Positions 47,024-58,455 of a stretch of DNA of 64,000 nucleotides are shown in pieces. Both the position numbers and the translations under genes were made by a program. Below the pieces are notes generated by a model, which saw only the letters and a program-made list of their open reading frames with translations, was not told where the DNA came from and did no database searches. Source of the stretch: Paramoeba atlantica (Eukaryota; Protista; Discosea); the NCBI GenBank assembly GCA_977017575.1, contig CDRNVI010000012.1, positions 682,001 through 746,000 of the forward strand, written 5' to 3'. Positions within the stretch are counted from its first letter, which is position 1. Each line of letters opens with the position of its first letter.

Positions 47024-48848
47024 TTTTTTTTTTTTTTTTTTTTTTTTGCAGTCAAAAAAGCGACACGACTGGTTTTGGAACAGCAAAGGTTCTGGAAAAG
47101 GTGTCTTACAAAGGGAATCGACTCGTTCCTTCTCCTCATTTTTCCTTCCCCCCTTCTCTCGCTTCTTTGAGAGAAAACTACAACCGCACATCTCTAACTA
47201 TATATTAAAAAACGAGTGTAAGAAATCCATTCTAAAGAAATTAAAGCTAAATCTAGAAGCCATAAGTATCCTCCTCTGTACGGGGCTCCAAGAACCGACG
47301 CAACTGGCAGTTTAACACTGCCCCATTCAATTCTTGCAAATGCAGCGCAAAGTCTCGTTCCACCGCCTGCGGATTCATGGACGATTTCTCGGCCAAAATG
47401 TGTAGTAGCTCTCTTGTGTTGGCGTGAAGTGATCCGCTTCTAAGGATGGGTAAGCACCGAAAGTTGTCCTCTCTTAATATTTTGGTCGCCACGTACTTGG
47501 TGCGTTTCCTCGTGATCGCGTCTTGGAGTGCTTTTGCTGGCTTGGTACCGAGAATGGAAGGAGCGAGCTCGTGTACGACTGTAAGGTCATAAAAGATCTC
47601 CCCTGTGGCCCAATATACTACCAAATCGGGGCCCGATCGATGCAACGCGCTGCCTTTGCACGCTGTTGCATGCTCCCTCTTTCGCTCTTCGGAAATTACC
47701 TCCGAGCACCCGAGGCACGTGTACGATGAAAACTGACGGGGCTCCCGCTCGCATGGGATACCGGCCTTCATGCAAAGGTCGTAGATGTAACGAATCAGAC
47801 AATTGTGCTTCGTAGTCGAATTCGTTCCGGTGCACCTGACGCATCCCGGCACGTGGGTGAGAGCGGTCTCGCCGTTGATTTCCGTTTTGCAGCCCGGGCA
47901 GAGAAAGGATGAAGGGAGCTCCGGGTGACAGATACCGAGCCTCGGCATCACTGCTAGGGTGTATTGTCGCGTCGGTATAAATCGTTCGGTCGCGTGCAGC
48001 CACGAGTAGCTTCCTTTCCGAGTAGTTGCCTGCATTATCTGCGCAGTTTTCTTGGTTTCACACAGACGCGTTTTTATCGCCTTGTGTACTGCTTTCTCCG
48101 CAGACTCTTCTTCCGGTACAGCGGCCACTGTTGAGGCATCGCACGTCGCGACTTGAGCTGAAAACTTTTTTTGCTGCTCTAAAGCTGCGTGATGCGAAGC
48201 GTCATATGCGGCCACTCGGATAGAGTCCGTTGAAGACAGGCCCAAACCACCCATCGACAGCGGCAAACGAGCCCACTCGACTTGATCGGATGTCAAAGGA
48301 CCAAGCCATGCTTTCAGAACGTCTTCTACCTCTGAGTCAAATTCCTTCGCCATCTCTCCAGATGCCTCCGGCGCGTGCGTTCGAATCTGGTATCTTTGTC
48401 TCACATTGACGCATTTCGACAGGATGAGGCACGAGACATTATTTGCTCCCATTCTCCGCAATCTTCTAAAAATTGTTTTATGCTTACGAAGATTCCTTAA
48501 AAGAAGATTGCTGACCCGTTCATTTTCTCCGATGTATGCCCCTAGTGCTTTCAGGGCATCTGACTCAGAATTCACCCCGGCCATCTTTAGAGTCTCTGGA
48601 ATTTCTCTACCTTCTCTCCCGCCAAACCACACACATTTTCTGTTAGCGAGTTGTACATCTCTCTCGCCCAAAAGGTCCCACAGTCTATAGAACGCTTTCG
48701 TCAAAAGATCCGCGTCGTCGGACACCAGATTTATGTCATCGATATAGGCAAAAATTTTCAGCGTTGGGTATTCAAGAGCCAATGTTGCGAGCATTGGCTG
48801 CATGAAGGTGCAGAAAAGAAAGCTGGAAAGCGGCGACCCCTGCCGCAC
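47024..48848 (-). mobile_element. 5'-truncated REL element (ORF 47253..48848) with 3' UTR and poly(A)
   Basis: RQGSPLS, YIDD, RSGPDLVVYW..YDLTVVHEL; T-run at 47024-47047. Confidence 0.88.
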
Positions 48849-49169
48849 ACCTCGAGAACTACTAACCGTGCCGTGTAGCGTAATTCCGAGAGTAATTCCG
48901 ATAATATATTTGTTAAGACCCTTTGAGTCTATAAATCAGCTCGACTGCCGATATCGTTGGCGAGAGGCACGGAGGAAACGGCGGTGCTGTCAACAGGGGA
49001 AGCCGAGTAAATTGGAAATAAGTTAAGGCTGCAAGTTGCAGCTATAAGGTTAAAAATTTTTGCACAAATGATGGCGAATATATCTAAATATAGTTACCTT
49101 CGTCAAAAAAAAAAAGATATTTTATTTATAAAAGGATTTTCTGCAAAAAAAAAAAAAAAAAAAAAATAG

Positions 49170-49200
49170 ACGATAAAGATACAGTTTCTGTACCTTGTTG
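49170..49200 (+). other. 5'-truncated SL exon copy (31 nt)
   Basis: ACGATAAAGATACAGTTTCTGTACCTTGTTG directly after an A-run, not followed by GT. Confidence 0.85.
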
Positions 49201-49789
49201 TTTTCTTCCATACACCATCTTCCAGACCATGGGAGGGCACCCCCCTCAAATACACTCCTTTTTGTCGGCATCCCCCTTCCCCGTCTCGTCCCATCACCCC
49301 CCTGCGCCGCATCCCCCCACCTCACCCTCCCTCCGCAGTGCGCTTGCCCCCCTGTTGTGTTTCTCTCTCGCGTCCCCCACCCCCGTGTCAGCAGCCAAAA
49401 GTATACAATACTTGCTCACGGGGTGGGGGCAGAGTTCCTGGCAGATGGGCCCGTGCTTCGCCTCCTCTCGCCCCTGCGTCAGTCCCCCCGTGTCTCTCTC
49501 CGCGCTCTTCTCCCTCGGCGTGACGACGTCTTTGTGTTTCGTGGCCTCCACGTCTCCCACCCTCGTACGGCAACCAAAAGTATTTATTACTGCTAACGGG
49601 GTGGGAGCGGAGGTGCAGGACCATACGGGCCTGGGTGCATGCGGATCGGTGAGTGGGGTAGGGAGTGGGGGAAGGGAAGTACGAGAGGGCTAAGAGGAGT
49701 AGGTGTGGAAAGTATGGGGAGTAAGGGAAAGTGAAGGGCCGTAAGTGTGGAAATTGTGGAAAAGTTGGACTCCATACATAAAAAGTTAG

Positions 49790-49861
49790 ACTCAATACTA
49801 AAAAAAATAGAGGCAATGCCGCGATTCATACTTCTCCCCCCTTATTAATTGCAAAAAAAAA
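49790..49861 (+). mobile_element. Extreme 3' end of the CRE 3' UTR with poly(A)
   Basis: TAGAGGCAATGCCGCGATTCATACTTCTCCCCCCTTATTAATTGC(A)n, reverse complement of 57895-57940. Confidence 0.85.
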
Positions 49862-50258
49862 CAAAAGAAAGGGTCTTAACAAAAGAAAGGGTCTTAACAA
49901 AAGAAAGGGTCTTAACAAAAGAAAGGGTCTTAACAAAAGAAAGGGTCTTAACAAAAGAAAGGGTCTTAACAAAAGAAAGGGTCTTAACAAAAGAAAGGGT
50001 CTTAACAAAAGAAAGGGTCTTAACAAAAGAAAGGGTCTTAACAAAAGAAAGGGTCTTAACAAAAGAAAGGGTCTTAACAAAAGAAAGGGTCTTAACAAAA
50101 GAAAGGGTCTTAACAAAAGAAAGGGTCTTAACAAAAGAAAGGGTCTTAACAAAAGAAAGGGTCTTAACAAAAGAAAGGGTCTTAACAAAAGAAAGGGTCT
50201 TAACAAAAGAAAGGGTCTTAACAAAAGAAAGGGTCTTAACAAAAGAAAGGGTCTTAAC
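49860..50258. repeat. 18-bp minisatellite (CTTAACAAAAGAAAGGGT), about 22 perfect units
   Basis: Directly visible; ORFs 49826..50242, 49845..50330 and 49849..50283 are artefacts. Confidence 0.97.
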
Positions 50259-51032
50259 TCTCGAGAAATCGGAATTTATTTGAAAAAGCCTCCATTGAAT
50301 TGCACTTCCGGAAGAAAAACATATAGTCAATCAGATATAGTAAGCGTATGTAAACTGTAATGTTTAATCTGTAGAACTACAGAGCTACCGAAATATAACA
50401 TCCATCATGGACAACAGAGTAAAAGACATTATCTTCACCAGTACTGTAATATCAACTTCGCGAAGTAAGTATCAAATCTATTTTATATACCTCATGAACT
50501 TTTTCCTGGAGAGAACTCCCTTCCCTCCCTTTCTCGAACGGGTGTCCACGCGGGGAGTGGTTTGGGGGTTGGTGGGTGGGGCAAAAAGTTTCAAAGGATA
50601 AAAACGCGCTCTATTACCAGTTCACTGTATAATGTTTTGTGTCACTATATAAACTAGTTTATGAATAACAAACGTACAATGCCCGTCGGCCAACTAACGT
50701 AAATATAATTCTCAGAAATCAAAATTTCCATTGTACAATTCTTTTCGTAAACTTTTAGAATTGCACTTCCGGAAGAAAAACATATAGTCAATCAGATATA
50801 GTAAGCGTATGTAAACTGTAATGTTTAATCTGTAGAACTACAGAGCTACCGAAATATAACATCCATCATGGACAACAGAGTAAAAGACATTATCTTCACC
50901 AGTACTGTAATATCAACTTCGCGAAGTAAGTATCAAATCTATTTTATATACCTCATGAACTTTTTCCTGGAGAGAACTCCCTTCCCTCCCTTTCTCGAAC
51001 GGGTGTCCACGCGGGGACCACCCTTTCGCCAG

Positions 51033-53849
51033 TCAATCTTTCACCCCTTTCGCCACATTGTCGCAATCCCATCCTCCTCGGCTTATTGGATCCGCAGGGT
51101 TCAGTTTTGACGGAATGTAATGCGGCTGTACTATTATACCCTGTCTCTTTAAAAACTTAAGTAAACCTATCAATTCGATATTTATTCCATCCGATTTGGT
51201 CGATTTTTTGCATATGGAAGCTAAGCATGATGTATTATCAATAAATAGGTCTACGCAGGTACCTCGTTGAAAATGGTGCGACAATTTCTCGAACGCGAGA
51301 CGAACGGCCCTCGTCTCCGCTCGATTGACTTCATAATCGAAATCATCTTCCCAGCGACCTCCCACACATATCACGGAACCGTGGTCCAAATATATTATTC
51401 CTCCCCAACCTTTTGACGAAGCGTCCGTATACAAAACGTGGCTATGTGGTACAGTGTCGGGATGAGGCGGCGGCGCCACGAATATGTTTGAAATCAACTT
51501 TTTCTTCCATCGCGTCAAGTCCATGGTTACATTGGGGGGAAGATGAACCTTCACATCCAATAATGTCGGATCATTGTTTAACGCATTTATACGGCGCCGC
51601 ACTAATTTTAAGGTGAAGTGGTAATTGGCAACGGGTTCTCCCAGTACTGCTGATGCATGGACCAATCTACCCACAGCTGATTCTAGTTTTCCGTACGTTG
51701 CATTCCGAAAAGTATCGCCTTGCATCTTTTTCACGATTCTCGGTCCCATTCTTACCTTACCTTCGGTATGGCTGTATTCCACGCCATTAAAAACATACTG
51801 CTTCATGGGCTCCTTTTCTTTATCCTTAAACGTGGCGTTAACTTTCTCCGCGCGAGTTTCCACAAATTCCGTATACTGCTGAACTTGGTCTAGTGAACCT
51901 GCACTTCTCAATCCATCCACATATACATCGACCTTAAACTGTTCTGTATACGCCGTCTCGGCTCTGCAATACTCCGGATCTCCTGCGATTGTGGATGTAA
52001 TGGTGTGCATCAGTTCCGGGGCGCACCGGTGCCCCATTGGCATCACATTAAGTTCAAACAACTCACCGTTTACTGCGCGAAATCGAAATTTTGTTCTACT
52101 TGCTACCGGAATCGGTACTTGATAAAATCCACATGTCAGGTCACGCTTCACACCAAAAGCTTCCTGCGCTTGATGGAGATAATAAGCCGCGTGTTTTAAC
52201 GGGACGTGCGGCATGTACTCGTTCTTAATTCGCTCATTATCCTCCTTCGTCCAGGCTATGAAGCGCCGCCTCTCCGTTTCCCCTTTATCGTCCGCAGGCT
52301 CAACTACTGTGAACGGTATCACCCATTGATTGGATGGTCTTTTGTTCTCCTCCTCAGGGGAAACACGCGAAACAATACGTGCGTCTAGCAAATGACTAAT
52401 ATCTTCCATGTTCAATCGTGGATTTACCTTTGGCTCACTATCGGGTTTCTTCCTCCGATCCAACAAAGTATTCAACGTTTCTCTAAACCGGTTTCTTGTA
52501 CTTCCATTCATCATGTTCTCAATTTCATTGACATCCATTTTGGGAATTTTCTTTACGTGCAGTGGTAGCTTTAAATCTTCCTCCGTGGCCAATTTTGTCG
52601 TACGTCTGGTACGTACAATCGTGTATCGATGCTTTTCCTGCGGCATGTCCCGCAAATATTCTCGAAATAACTCCTTCATTGCTAAAGCGTCCTCAGTTTG
52701 GCTGTCGCCTTCCCCGTTCCTAGAGCTAGCGCGGTGGTAACTGGGTTTGAATTGTAACGCAACAGGGACTCGATCTGCTGGTGCTTCGCTAATTTTTTCA
52801 CATCTTCGATTCCCACTGTCCCCTTGACAACTTCCTGGAATAATTGCGTTACCGCTCCTCTCTTGGCGGAATGTGTGCCGAAACCCTCTCCCAGAACCCT
52901 CTTTATATTCCTGTCCATCTCTCTCACATTTGTCCGGCACATTCGATCCCATGACCTGAGCGTACGTACGTATTGAGCCAATTCGATTGTGCCCTGGCCC
53001 TGGATGACTGTGTACATCGATTCGCGCCACGGGTTGCACCTTGTAGCCTTTGTCCCCCTTCCCCAAGCAATTACAACCTTTTGCGGTGATATTTCCACGA
53101 ATTTGTCCTTGGTCAAATTGGCGGTTTCGGACCAACGGGATGCTGCCTTCCAGCACATCAGCAATGTTTGACTTTCGGATTGGGTGCACCTTCTTCGTAT
53201 CTTGTTCAGTAGGAATGGTGTCAACGGCTGCATCTGATGTACTGGCTCCTCTGCTCCTTGTGCCTGAAGAGCTTTGCAAAAGAATTTTATTGGGACAGTA
53301 TTTAATCCGATCAGGTTGAATAAGGTCATTAGCGCCCTTCCGTAGGACACCTTGGTTTGTATTGACACTGGCAGAAGTTGCACGAACGTCACTGCGTGAA
53401 GGGGTGTCTGTCTTATATGATTCCCGGTGCAATATACCAGGAACCTTTCCCACAACCTTGCTCGTGTCTCCCACGTCGACGAGCTCCACATTCCGGACAT
53501 CGCGTCCAATGCCACGCGTACCTCGGGAGTAATCCTGCTTACCCCCATCAACAGACTCAAAAGATTTTTCCGAGCCACACTCCTGCATTCCAGGCTCAAT
53601 GTTCCCTGGTACAAATTTCCACAAGCAATTGATCTTCCATTCGAGTCTTTCACATTTTTTACACCCCCTTGTATCACTCGCGTTCTCTTCGCTACACTCT
53701 CCCTTTGATCCCCTGGATGTATCCTCTTGTATTTGACTGCTTTGCTTCTGCCGCGTTTGGCGGGTATTATATGCGAGATGTTCGTTCCTGGATCTATACG
53801 CGTGTATGTGACTCGAGGAACACTGGCGATTAATGGACGGGCGTTTCAT
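51033..53849 (-). CDS. pol: YR3 pol (N-terminal extension overlapping YR, RT, RNase H)
   Basis: DLTCGFYQV, MPMGHR, YVDG, LYTDASSKGWG, LNPADPISR; ATG at 53849 overlaps the gag TGA. Confidence 0.9.
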   Translation of the reverse strand: MKRPSINRQCSSSHIHAYRSRNEHLAYNTRQTRQKQSSQIQEDTSRGSKGECSEENASDTRGCKKCERLEWKINCLWKFVPGNIEPGMQECGSEKSFESVDGGKQDYSRGTRGIGRDVRNVELVDVGDTSKVVGKVPGILHRESYKTDTPSRSDVRATSASVNTNQGVLRKGANDLIQPDRIKYCPNKILLQSSSGTRSRGASTSDAAVDTIPTEQDTKKVHPIRKSNIADVLEGSIPLVRNRQFDQGQIRGNITAKGCNCLGKGDKGYKVQPVARIDVHSHPGPGHNRIGSIRTYAQVMGSNVPDKCERDGQEYKEGSGRGFRHTFRQERSGNAIIPGSCQGDSGNRRCEKISEAPADRVPVALQFKPSYHRASSRNGEGDSQTEDALAMKELFREYLRDMPQEKHRYTIVRTRRTTKLATEEDLKLPLHVKKIPKMDVNEIENMMNGSTRNRFRETLNTLLDRRKKPDSEPKVNPRLNMEDISHLLDARIVSRVSPEEENKRPSNQWVIPFTVVEPADDKGETERRRFIAWTKEDNERIKNEYMPHVPLKHAAYYLHQAQEAFGVKRDLTCGFYQVPIPVASRTKFRFRAVNGELFELNVMPMGHRCAPELMHTITSTIAGDPEYCRAETAYTEQFKVDVYVDGLRSAGSLDQVQQYTEFVETRAEKVNATFKDKEKEPMKQYVFNGVEYSHTEGKVRMGPRIVKKMQGDTFRNATYGKLESAVGRLVHASAVLGEPVANYHFTLKLVRRRINALNNDPTLLDVKVHLPPNVTMDLTRWKKKLISNIFVAPPPHPDTVPHSHVLYTDASSKGWGGIIYLDHGSVICVGGRWEDDFDYEVNRAETRAVRLAFEKLSHHFQRGTCVDLFIDNTSCLASICKKSTKSDGINIELIGLLKFLKRQGIIVQPHYIPSKLNPADPISRGGWDCDNVAKGVKD
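52682..53677 (-). CDS. YR3 tyrosine recombinase
   Basis: CWKAASRWSE, HSAKRGA, HQQIESLLRY. Confidence 0.9.
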   Translation of the reverse strand: MIQGGVKNVKDSNGRSIACGNLYQGTLSLECRSVARKNLLSLLMGVSRITPEVRVALDAMSGMWSSSTWETRARLWERFLVYCTGNHIRQTPLHAVTFVQLLPVSIQTKVSYGRALMTLFNLIGLNTVPIKFFCKALQAQGAEEPVHQMQPLTPFLLNKIRRRCTQSESQTLLMCWKAASRWSETANLTKDKFVEISPQKVVIAWGRGTKATRCNPWRESMYTVIQGQGTIELAQYVRTLRSWDRMCRTNVREMDRNIKRVLGEGFGTHSAKRGAVTQLFQEVVKGTVGIEDVKKLAKHQQIESLLRYNSNPVTTALALGTGKATAKLRTL

Positions 53850-54928
53850 AACGACTTTCCGCCCTGGGGGGCGTTGCCAGCCGTCCGCTGACGAAAATCC
53901 GGCGGTGATGTGCGTTTGTATGGGCAATCTTTAATCAAATGGTCTGGTGATCTGCAATTGTAACATTGCGCGCGATAAGTTCCGTACGAGGGGCGAAACG
54001 ATTGTGAATATTGACCTGTTGATCCTCCTCCGAAATATGTCCCTGTTCGTCGTAGCGCAGAGAAAGAAGTGTACCGACTACGTTGCTTTTCACGCTCACT
54101 CAACTGATCTGTTACATGCTGATAGAATTTGTCGTGCGCCCGATCATCTTTGTCCATTTTTCGGTGAACCGCCTCCACGTCTACCTTGCAAGCACGCCAG
54201 TAAGCATCACGTAGACTTTGGATTATCGCTTTCCCCAACTCCAAAAACGGACCTTCATTCCAGCCGGGAGTTTGGCGTGCCAACAATATCCACTTTCCCA
54301 GCAACTGATCGAAATTCCGCTCCTGTTGCATCTGAAATGATTTGTCCTGATAATATTGATTCAATCTCAAACCATACTCGGGAGCTTCCTTTAATTCTCG
54401 AAAAAGGTCCTTAATTCGAAAGCCGTCGTCGTTGCGTTGATCTATATGCCCCGGCCAAGTCACAGGTTCATACGGATCAATCTTGTAGGTCGCTACAGAT
54501 CCAAAGGGCTGCACGTTAATAGGCAGGGGCCGTCCGCCTTCCAACGCACACTCTTGTCCTTCGCTCGAGTGTCCCAGTCCGTCTTCTAGATCAATGCGAT
54601 AGTAATTTAACTCTTTGTGGGGAAATGGATACTCTCGATCTGGCTCCTCTTCCCATACCGCCCACATTTCCATCCCGACTCGACGTACTTTCCCGTGGGA
54701 TATTTGTTTCGCCGAAGTCGCCGCGTTCTTCCGATTCCATGCCGCCTTAATGTGCAACGAAGGATTCTGATCGCGGGAAAGAAGCAGTTGCTCACAAACT
54801 CTCGTCTTCACCACGGCCAACTCTTCTCTACTCATGGGGTTGTCTGGTACCACTGAAGGTTCACGGGACACGCTTCTCCGTGCCTCTATGGAGCTACGCG
54901 GCGACGGAGGCATAAAAAAAAGTTTCAA
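53846..54928 (-). CDS. gag: YR3 gag-like protein with C-terminal CCHC knuckle
   Basis: CYNCRSPDHLIKDC; homologous to 16439..17260. Likely ATG is at MPPSP. Confidence 0.88.
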   Translation of the reverse strand: MKLFFMPPSPRSSIEARRSVSREPSVVPDNPMSREELAVVKTRVCEQLLLSRDQNPSLHIKAAWNRKNAATSAKQISHGKVRRVGMEMWAVWEEEPDREYPFPHKELNYYRIDLEDGLGHSSEGQECALEGGRPLPINVQPFGSVATYKIDPYEPVTWPGHIDQRNDDGFRIKDLFRELKEAPEYGLRLNQYYQDKSFQMQQERNFDQLLGKWILLARQTPGWNEGPFLELGKAIIQSLRDAYWRACKVDVEAVHRKMDKDDRAHDKFYQHVTDQLSEREKQRSRYTSFSALRRTGTYFGGGSTGQYSQSFRPSYGTYRAQCYNCRSPDHLIKDCPYKRTSPPDFRQRTAGNAPQGGKSL

Positions 54929-55091
54929 AGGATAAAAACGCGCTCTATTACCAGTTCACTGTATAATGTTTTGTGTCACTATATAAACTAGTTTATGAAT
55001 AACAAACGTACAATGCCCGTCGGCCAACTAACGTAAATATAATTCTCAGAAATCAAAATTTCCATTGTACAATTCTTTTCGTAAACTTTTA

Positions 55092-55300
55092 GAGCATACG
55101 GCGCAAATTGAAGAAGTTATTGAAACAGAGTGTGCCAATCTTGCTGATGACCTGCGCAAGAGATCTGGAGCAGCATTTCGAAAAATTCGGAAAATAATCG
55201 GAGACAATAGAGCTAAGATAGGATTCTAAAAAAGGTCTTACAAAAACTTCGAGCGGCACTTGCCCCGCGAGCATGTGGTTCGTAAAGTCGGATTTCACAA
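55092..55300 (+). pseudogene. Possible fragment of an APE-type LINE (continuous with 50259-50296) that YR3 inserted into
   Basis: Rejoined translation IEHTAQIEEVIETECANLADDLRKRSGAAFRKIRKIIG resembles PIEEAIAKSCDVLETKLKKNHASLWRALKEICG in ORF 1562..4393. Confidence 0.35.
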
Positions 55301-55701
55301 TTCTCTCTTTAATAAACCTCCATTAATAAACCTTCTGTGCTCGAGACTAAGCGCTTGCTCAACATGAATCGGACAATATTGATATTTCCTCTTAGGAATA
55401 CCCCATCTTCAATCTTCGAAAGAGACACTTGTGATTGTATTTCAAGAAGGCATTAGTAAGTAAACTTATAATCATTGCACGTTTCGGACCGGGTCTTTCG
55501 AGAAAAAAACCTGATCCTACCTACCTCACGTTGGGGAACCTCACTCGAAAGAGCAATGCGTGAGAGTAAGCACTGTCGGCACGATCAACTACCGTAACGA
55601 CCACATTTCGGAGGCACAGGTCGTAAAAAAAAATGCACAGGTCGTAAAGTAAAAGGCATAAGATGGGAGTGCTGTCGGAGAGTCGAGAAAACCGACTACA
55701 T

Positions 55702-57150
55702 TCAGAGTCTGAGGCCTCCTAGCCACTTTTCGCCCTTGATGTGATTTCGCAGCTGCGACACGATTGTGTATGCTGCGAACTTTTCGTTTTCCAATTGGAA
55801 GGCTTCCCGTATCACTTTGGGGTCTAAGTCAGCGCGTTTCGAGAGGGCTTTAATCAGCTCCTTCGTATTTTCGTGCAGCATTCCACAATCAGTTAGCGCT
55901 ATGCATCGAAAATAGTTTGGATCCACTCCTTTCTCCACTATGTATTTTCGATGTTTTCTTTCTATGGCACTCTCTAGAAGGGCTTTGCTGGACTGTTTCT
56001 GGTAGCTGCTGCAGAGTGTGTGTACGACTGTGACATCGTAGAGGACTTCTCCAATATCTGGCCACATTATGGCCAGATCGGGGCCCGAACGTATACGACG
56101 AGCTCTGCATGGGTGTCTCTCCGCTGCTTCTGGTGAAATAGAGCACTTACACTTCGTGCAAAAGAACGATGAATACAGACGCGGTTCCAACGCACATGGG
56201 AGTCCAGCTTTTCCACATAGATTTGAAAGGTATCGAACAATGTGTGAGTGTTTTCTCGTACAGTTCATCCCAGCACATTTCGAGCAACCTGCAACGTGTG
56301 GAAATATTCCGGAGGGCGATTCACTGACCCCGCATCCAGGACAGGAGATATTACTCGAAGAAGAGAGACTGACGGCCAGCCTCATCTTGAGCGTTTGCTG
56401 GAAGAGGTACGGGTTTACGTAGTTGTTGGTCGAGAGGAGATGAAAATTTGCTTCCTTCGAGCGCTTCATAACTCCACTGAAACGTGGTTTTGTTTTCAGC
56501 TCTGCCGCAAGTTTTTCGTGCTCGTCATTGACTAGTTTCTTCAGTGCCGTGCGTACTCCTTGTGTCCCTGTGGTCTTGTTGCCTTTTTGTTGCTTCTCAG
56601 AGTTTTCTATCGGAGCTTCATATGGGTTGAAATGCTCATCAATAGATTGACGGGAAGCTTCAAAAAGATAGCGATGTTTCAGAACTGTGGAGGTTATTCC
56701 CAATCCTCCCATTTTGCACGGCAAAGAGGCAAGTGCTAAGGCATCTTCGTCAGCATCGCACCACTTTCTTAAGACTTGTTGGATCTCTTTGTCAAAAATC
56801 TGAGCTAGAAGGAATGATGCGCCCGGTTTATGTACTCGCAGGTGATAATCGTGGCGCGGTATCGTGCAACGCTTTAAAATTGCGAGGGAAAGATTACTTG
56901 GTCCCATGCGGCTGAGTCTTCGAAACAGACAGTTATGCTTCTCCAATTTTTCGAGAAGTTTGCGTTCTACGGCTTTGTTGTTGCCTAGGTATCCTCCGAG
57001 CACTTTGATTGTATCTACGCAGTCTTGAACCCCAAGTTCCCGAAGAGAGGAATCTTTGATGTGTAATGCCCTGGATCCTTGAAAAATTTCGCATTTGCGG
57101 TAGTTTATTTCTAAGTTCAGATCGCTCGTAAGCTCTTTGAAATGCAAGAA
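55702..57150 (-). pseudogene. 5'-truncated diverged REL subfamily element
   Basis: KVLGGYLG, GGLGI, CPGC, RSGPDLAIMW..LYDVTVVH. Confidence 0.85.
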
Positions 57151-57230
57151 TCTTAACAAAAGAAAGGGTCTTAACAAAAGAAAGGGTCTTAACAAAAGAA
57201 AGGGTCTAACAAAAGAAAAGGTCTTAAAAA
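57150..57230. repeat. 18-bp minisatellite, about four units (degenerate at the right end)
   Basis: CTTAACAAAAGAAAGGGT repeats. Confidence 0.9.
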
Positions 57231-57244
57231 GAACCTGAGCCAAG

Positions 57245-57872
57245 TTTTTTTTTTTTTTTTTTTTTTGCAATTAATAAGGGGGGAGAAGTATGAATCGCGG
57301 CATTGCCTCTATATTTTGACCCAGTAGACGAACCAAGTACATAGTAGGTCCATTAGGGGGGTATATGAATTTAAAACAAGCAATCAAATTGGCAATTCTT
57401 TTTATTTCCACAGAAGTATATTTTCTTTTTCTTTTTTTTCTCAGCCCAAAACTAGCAATTCAATCTCCCCTAAGTATATACGACAAACAAGGCACAGTAA
57501 AAATAAAAACGAGCAATCCAGACCCAATCCATTCGCGCGTTCCGTTTTTTTTTTTTTTTTTTTTTTTTTTCTCCTCTTTCTCACCTCTTGACATACTTTT
57601 CCCACCTTTCTCCCTACTTTCCTGCTTTCCCCTACCCAACTTTTCAACTTTTCAGGGGGGGGGGGGTAAGGTCTCCCTCAGCTTCGCCTCACCCGGCCTG
57701 CAGGCGGCTCCTCAACCATTCGCGCGTTCCGGACCGGGTCTTTCGACCTCTCCACGGCCTGACTTGTGGACCCTTCCCTTGTTATACGGGAGGGCGCAGG
57801 CGCGGGCCTGTGTCGACAGCGACACGGTCGCGAAACAGGATGCTGGCCGACGGGGAGGAGATTCACTACCCG
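57245..57872 (-). mobile_element. Truncated or rearranged copy of the CRE 3' UTR with poly(A)
   Basis: Shares the terminal ...TTATTAATTGC(A)n and the GC-rich module with 57895-58300. Confidence 0.8.
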
Positions 57873-58455
57873 TGTTTTTTTTTTTTTTTTTTTTGCAATT
57901 AATAAGGGGGGAGAAGTATGAATCGCGGCATTGCCTCTATATTTTGACCCAGTAGACGAACCAAGTAGGTCCATTGGGGGGGGGGGGGGGGGTATACGAA
58001 TTGAAAACAAACAATCAAATTAGCAATTCTTTTTCTGTCCACAGATGTACCTTTTTTCTCAGCCCAAAACTAGCAATTTAGTCTCCCCTAAGTATATACT
58101 ACAAACAAGAAAAACAGTAAAAATTAAAACAAGCAATCCATGCCCAATCCATTCGCGCGTTCCGGACCGGGTCTTTCGACCTCTCCACGGCCTGACTTGT
58201 GAACCCTTCCCTTGTTATATGGGAGGGCGCAGGCGCGGGCCTGTGTCGACAGCGACACGGTCACGAAACAGGATGCTGGCCGACGGGGAGGAGATTCACT
58301 GCCCGTGTACTACCTCACTTGGGGTACCTAGCCCTCGCGGGCTAGGCGTGAGTATAGACTCTGTCGACCCGACCAGCATCCGGGATCACATTAGAGAACC
58401 TCACTCATGAGAGCAAGGCTTGAGAATAGGTGGGTAAGACACAGTGGGTAGGGGC

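Larger units (their letters stand above)
50297..55091 (-). mobile_element. YR3: apparently intact YR retrotransposon with split direct repeats
   Basis: A1 55091-54917, B1 51017-50758, A2 50757-50583, spacer 50582-50557, B2 50556-50297; three open ORFs; no TSD. Confidence 0.94.

Noticed and set aside
49860-50258. CRISPR array or telomere
   Set aside because: The units are contiguous with no spacers and no cas genes; there are no TTAGGG-type repeats, and the arrays are internal.
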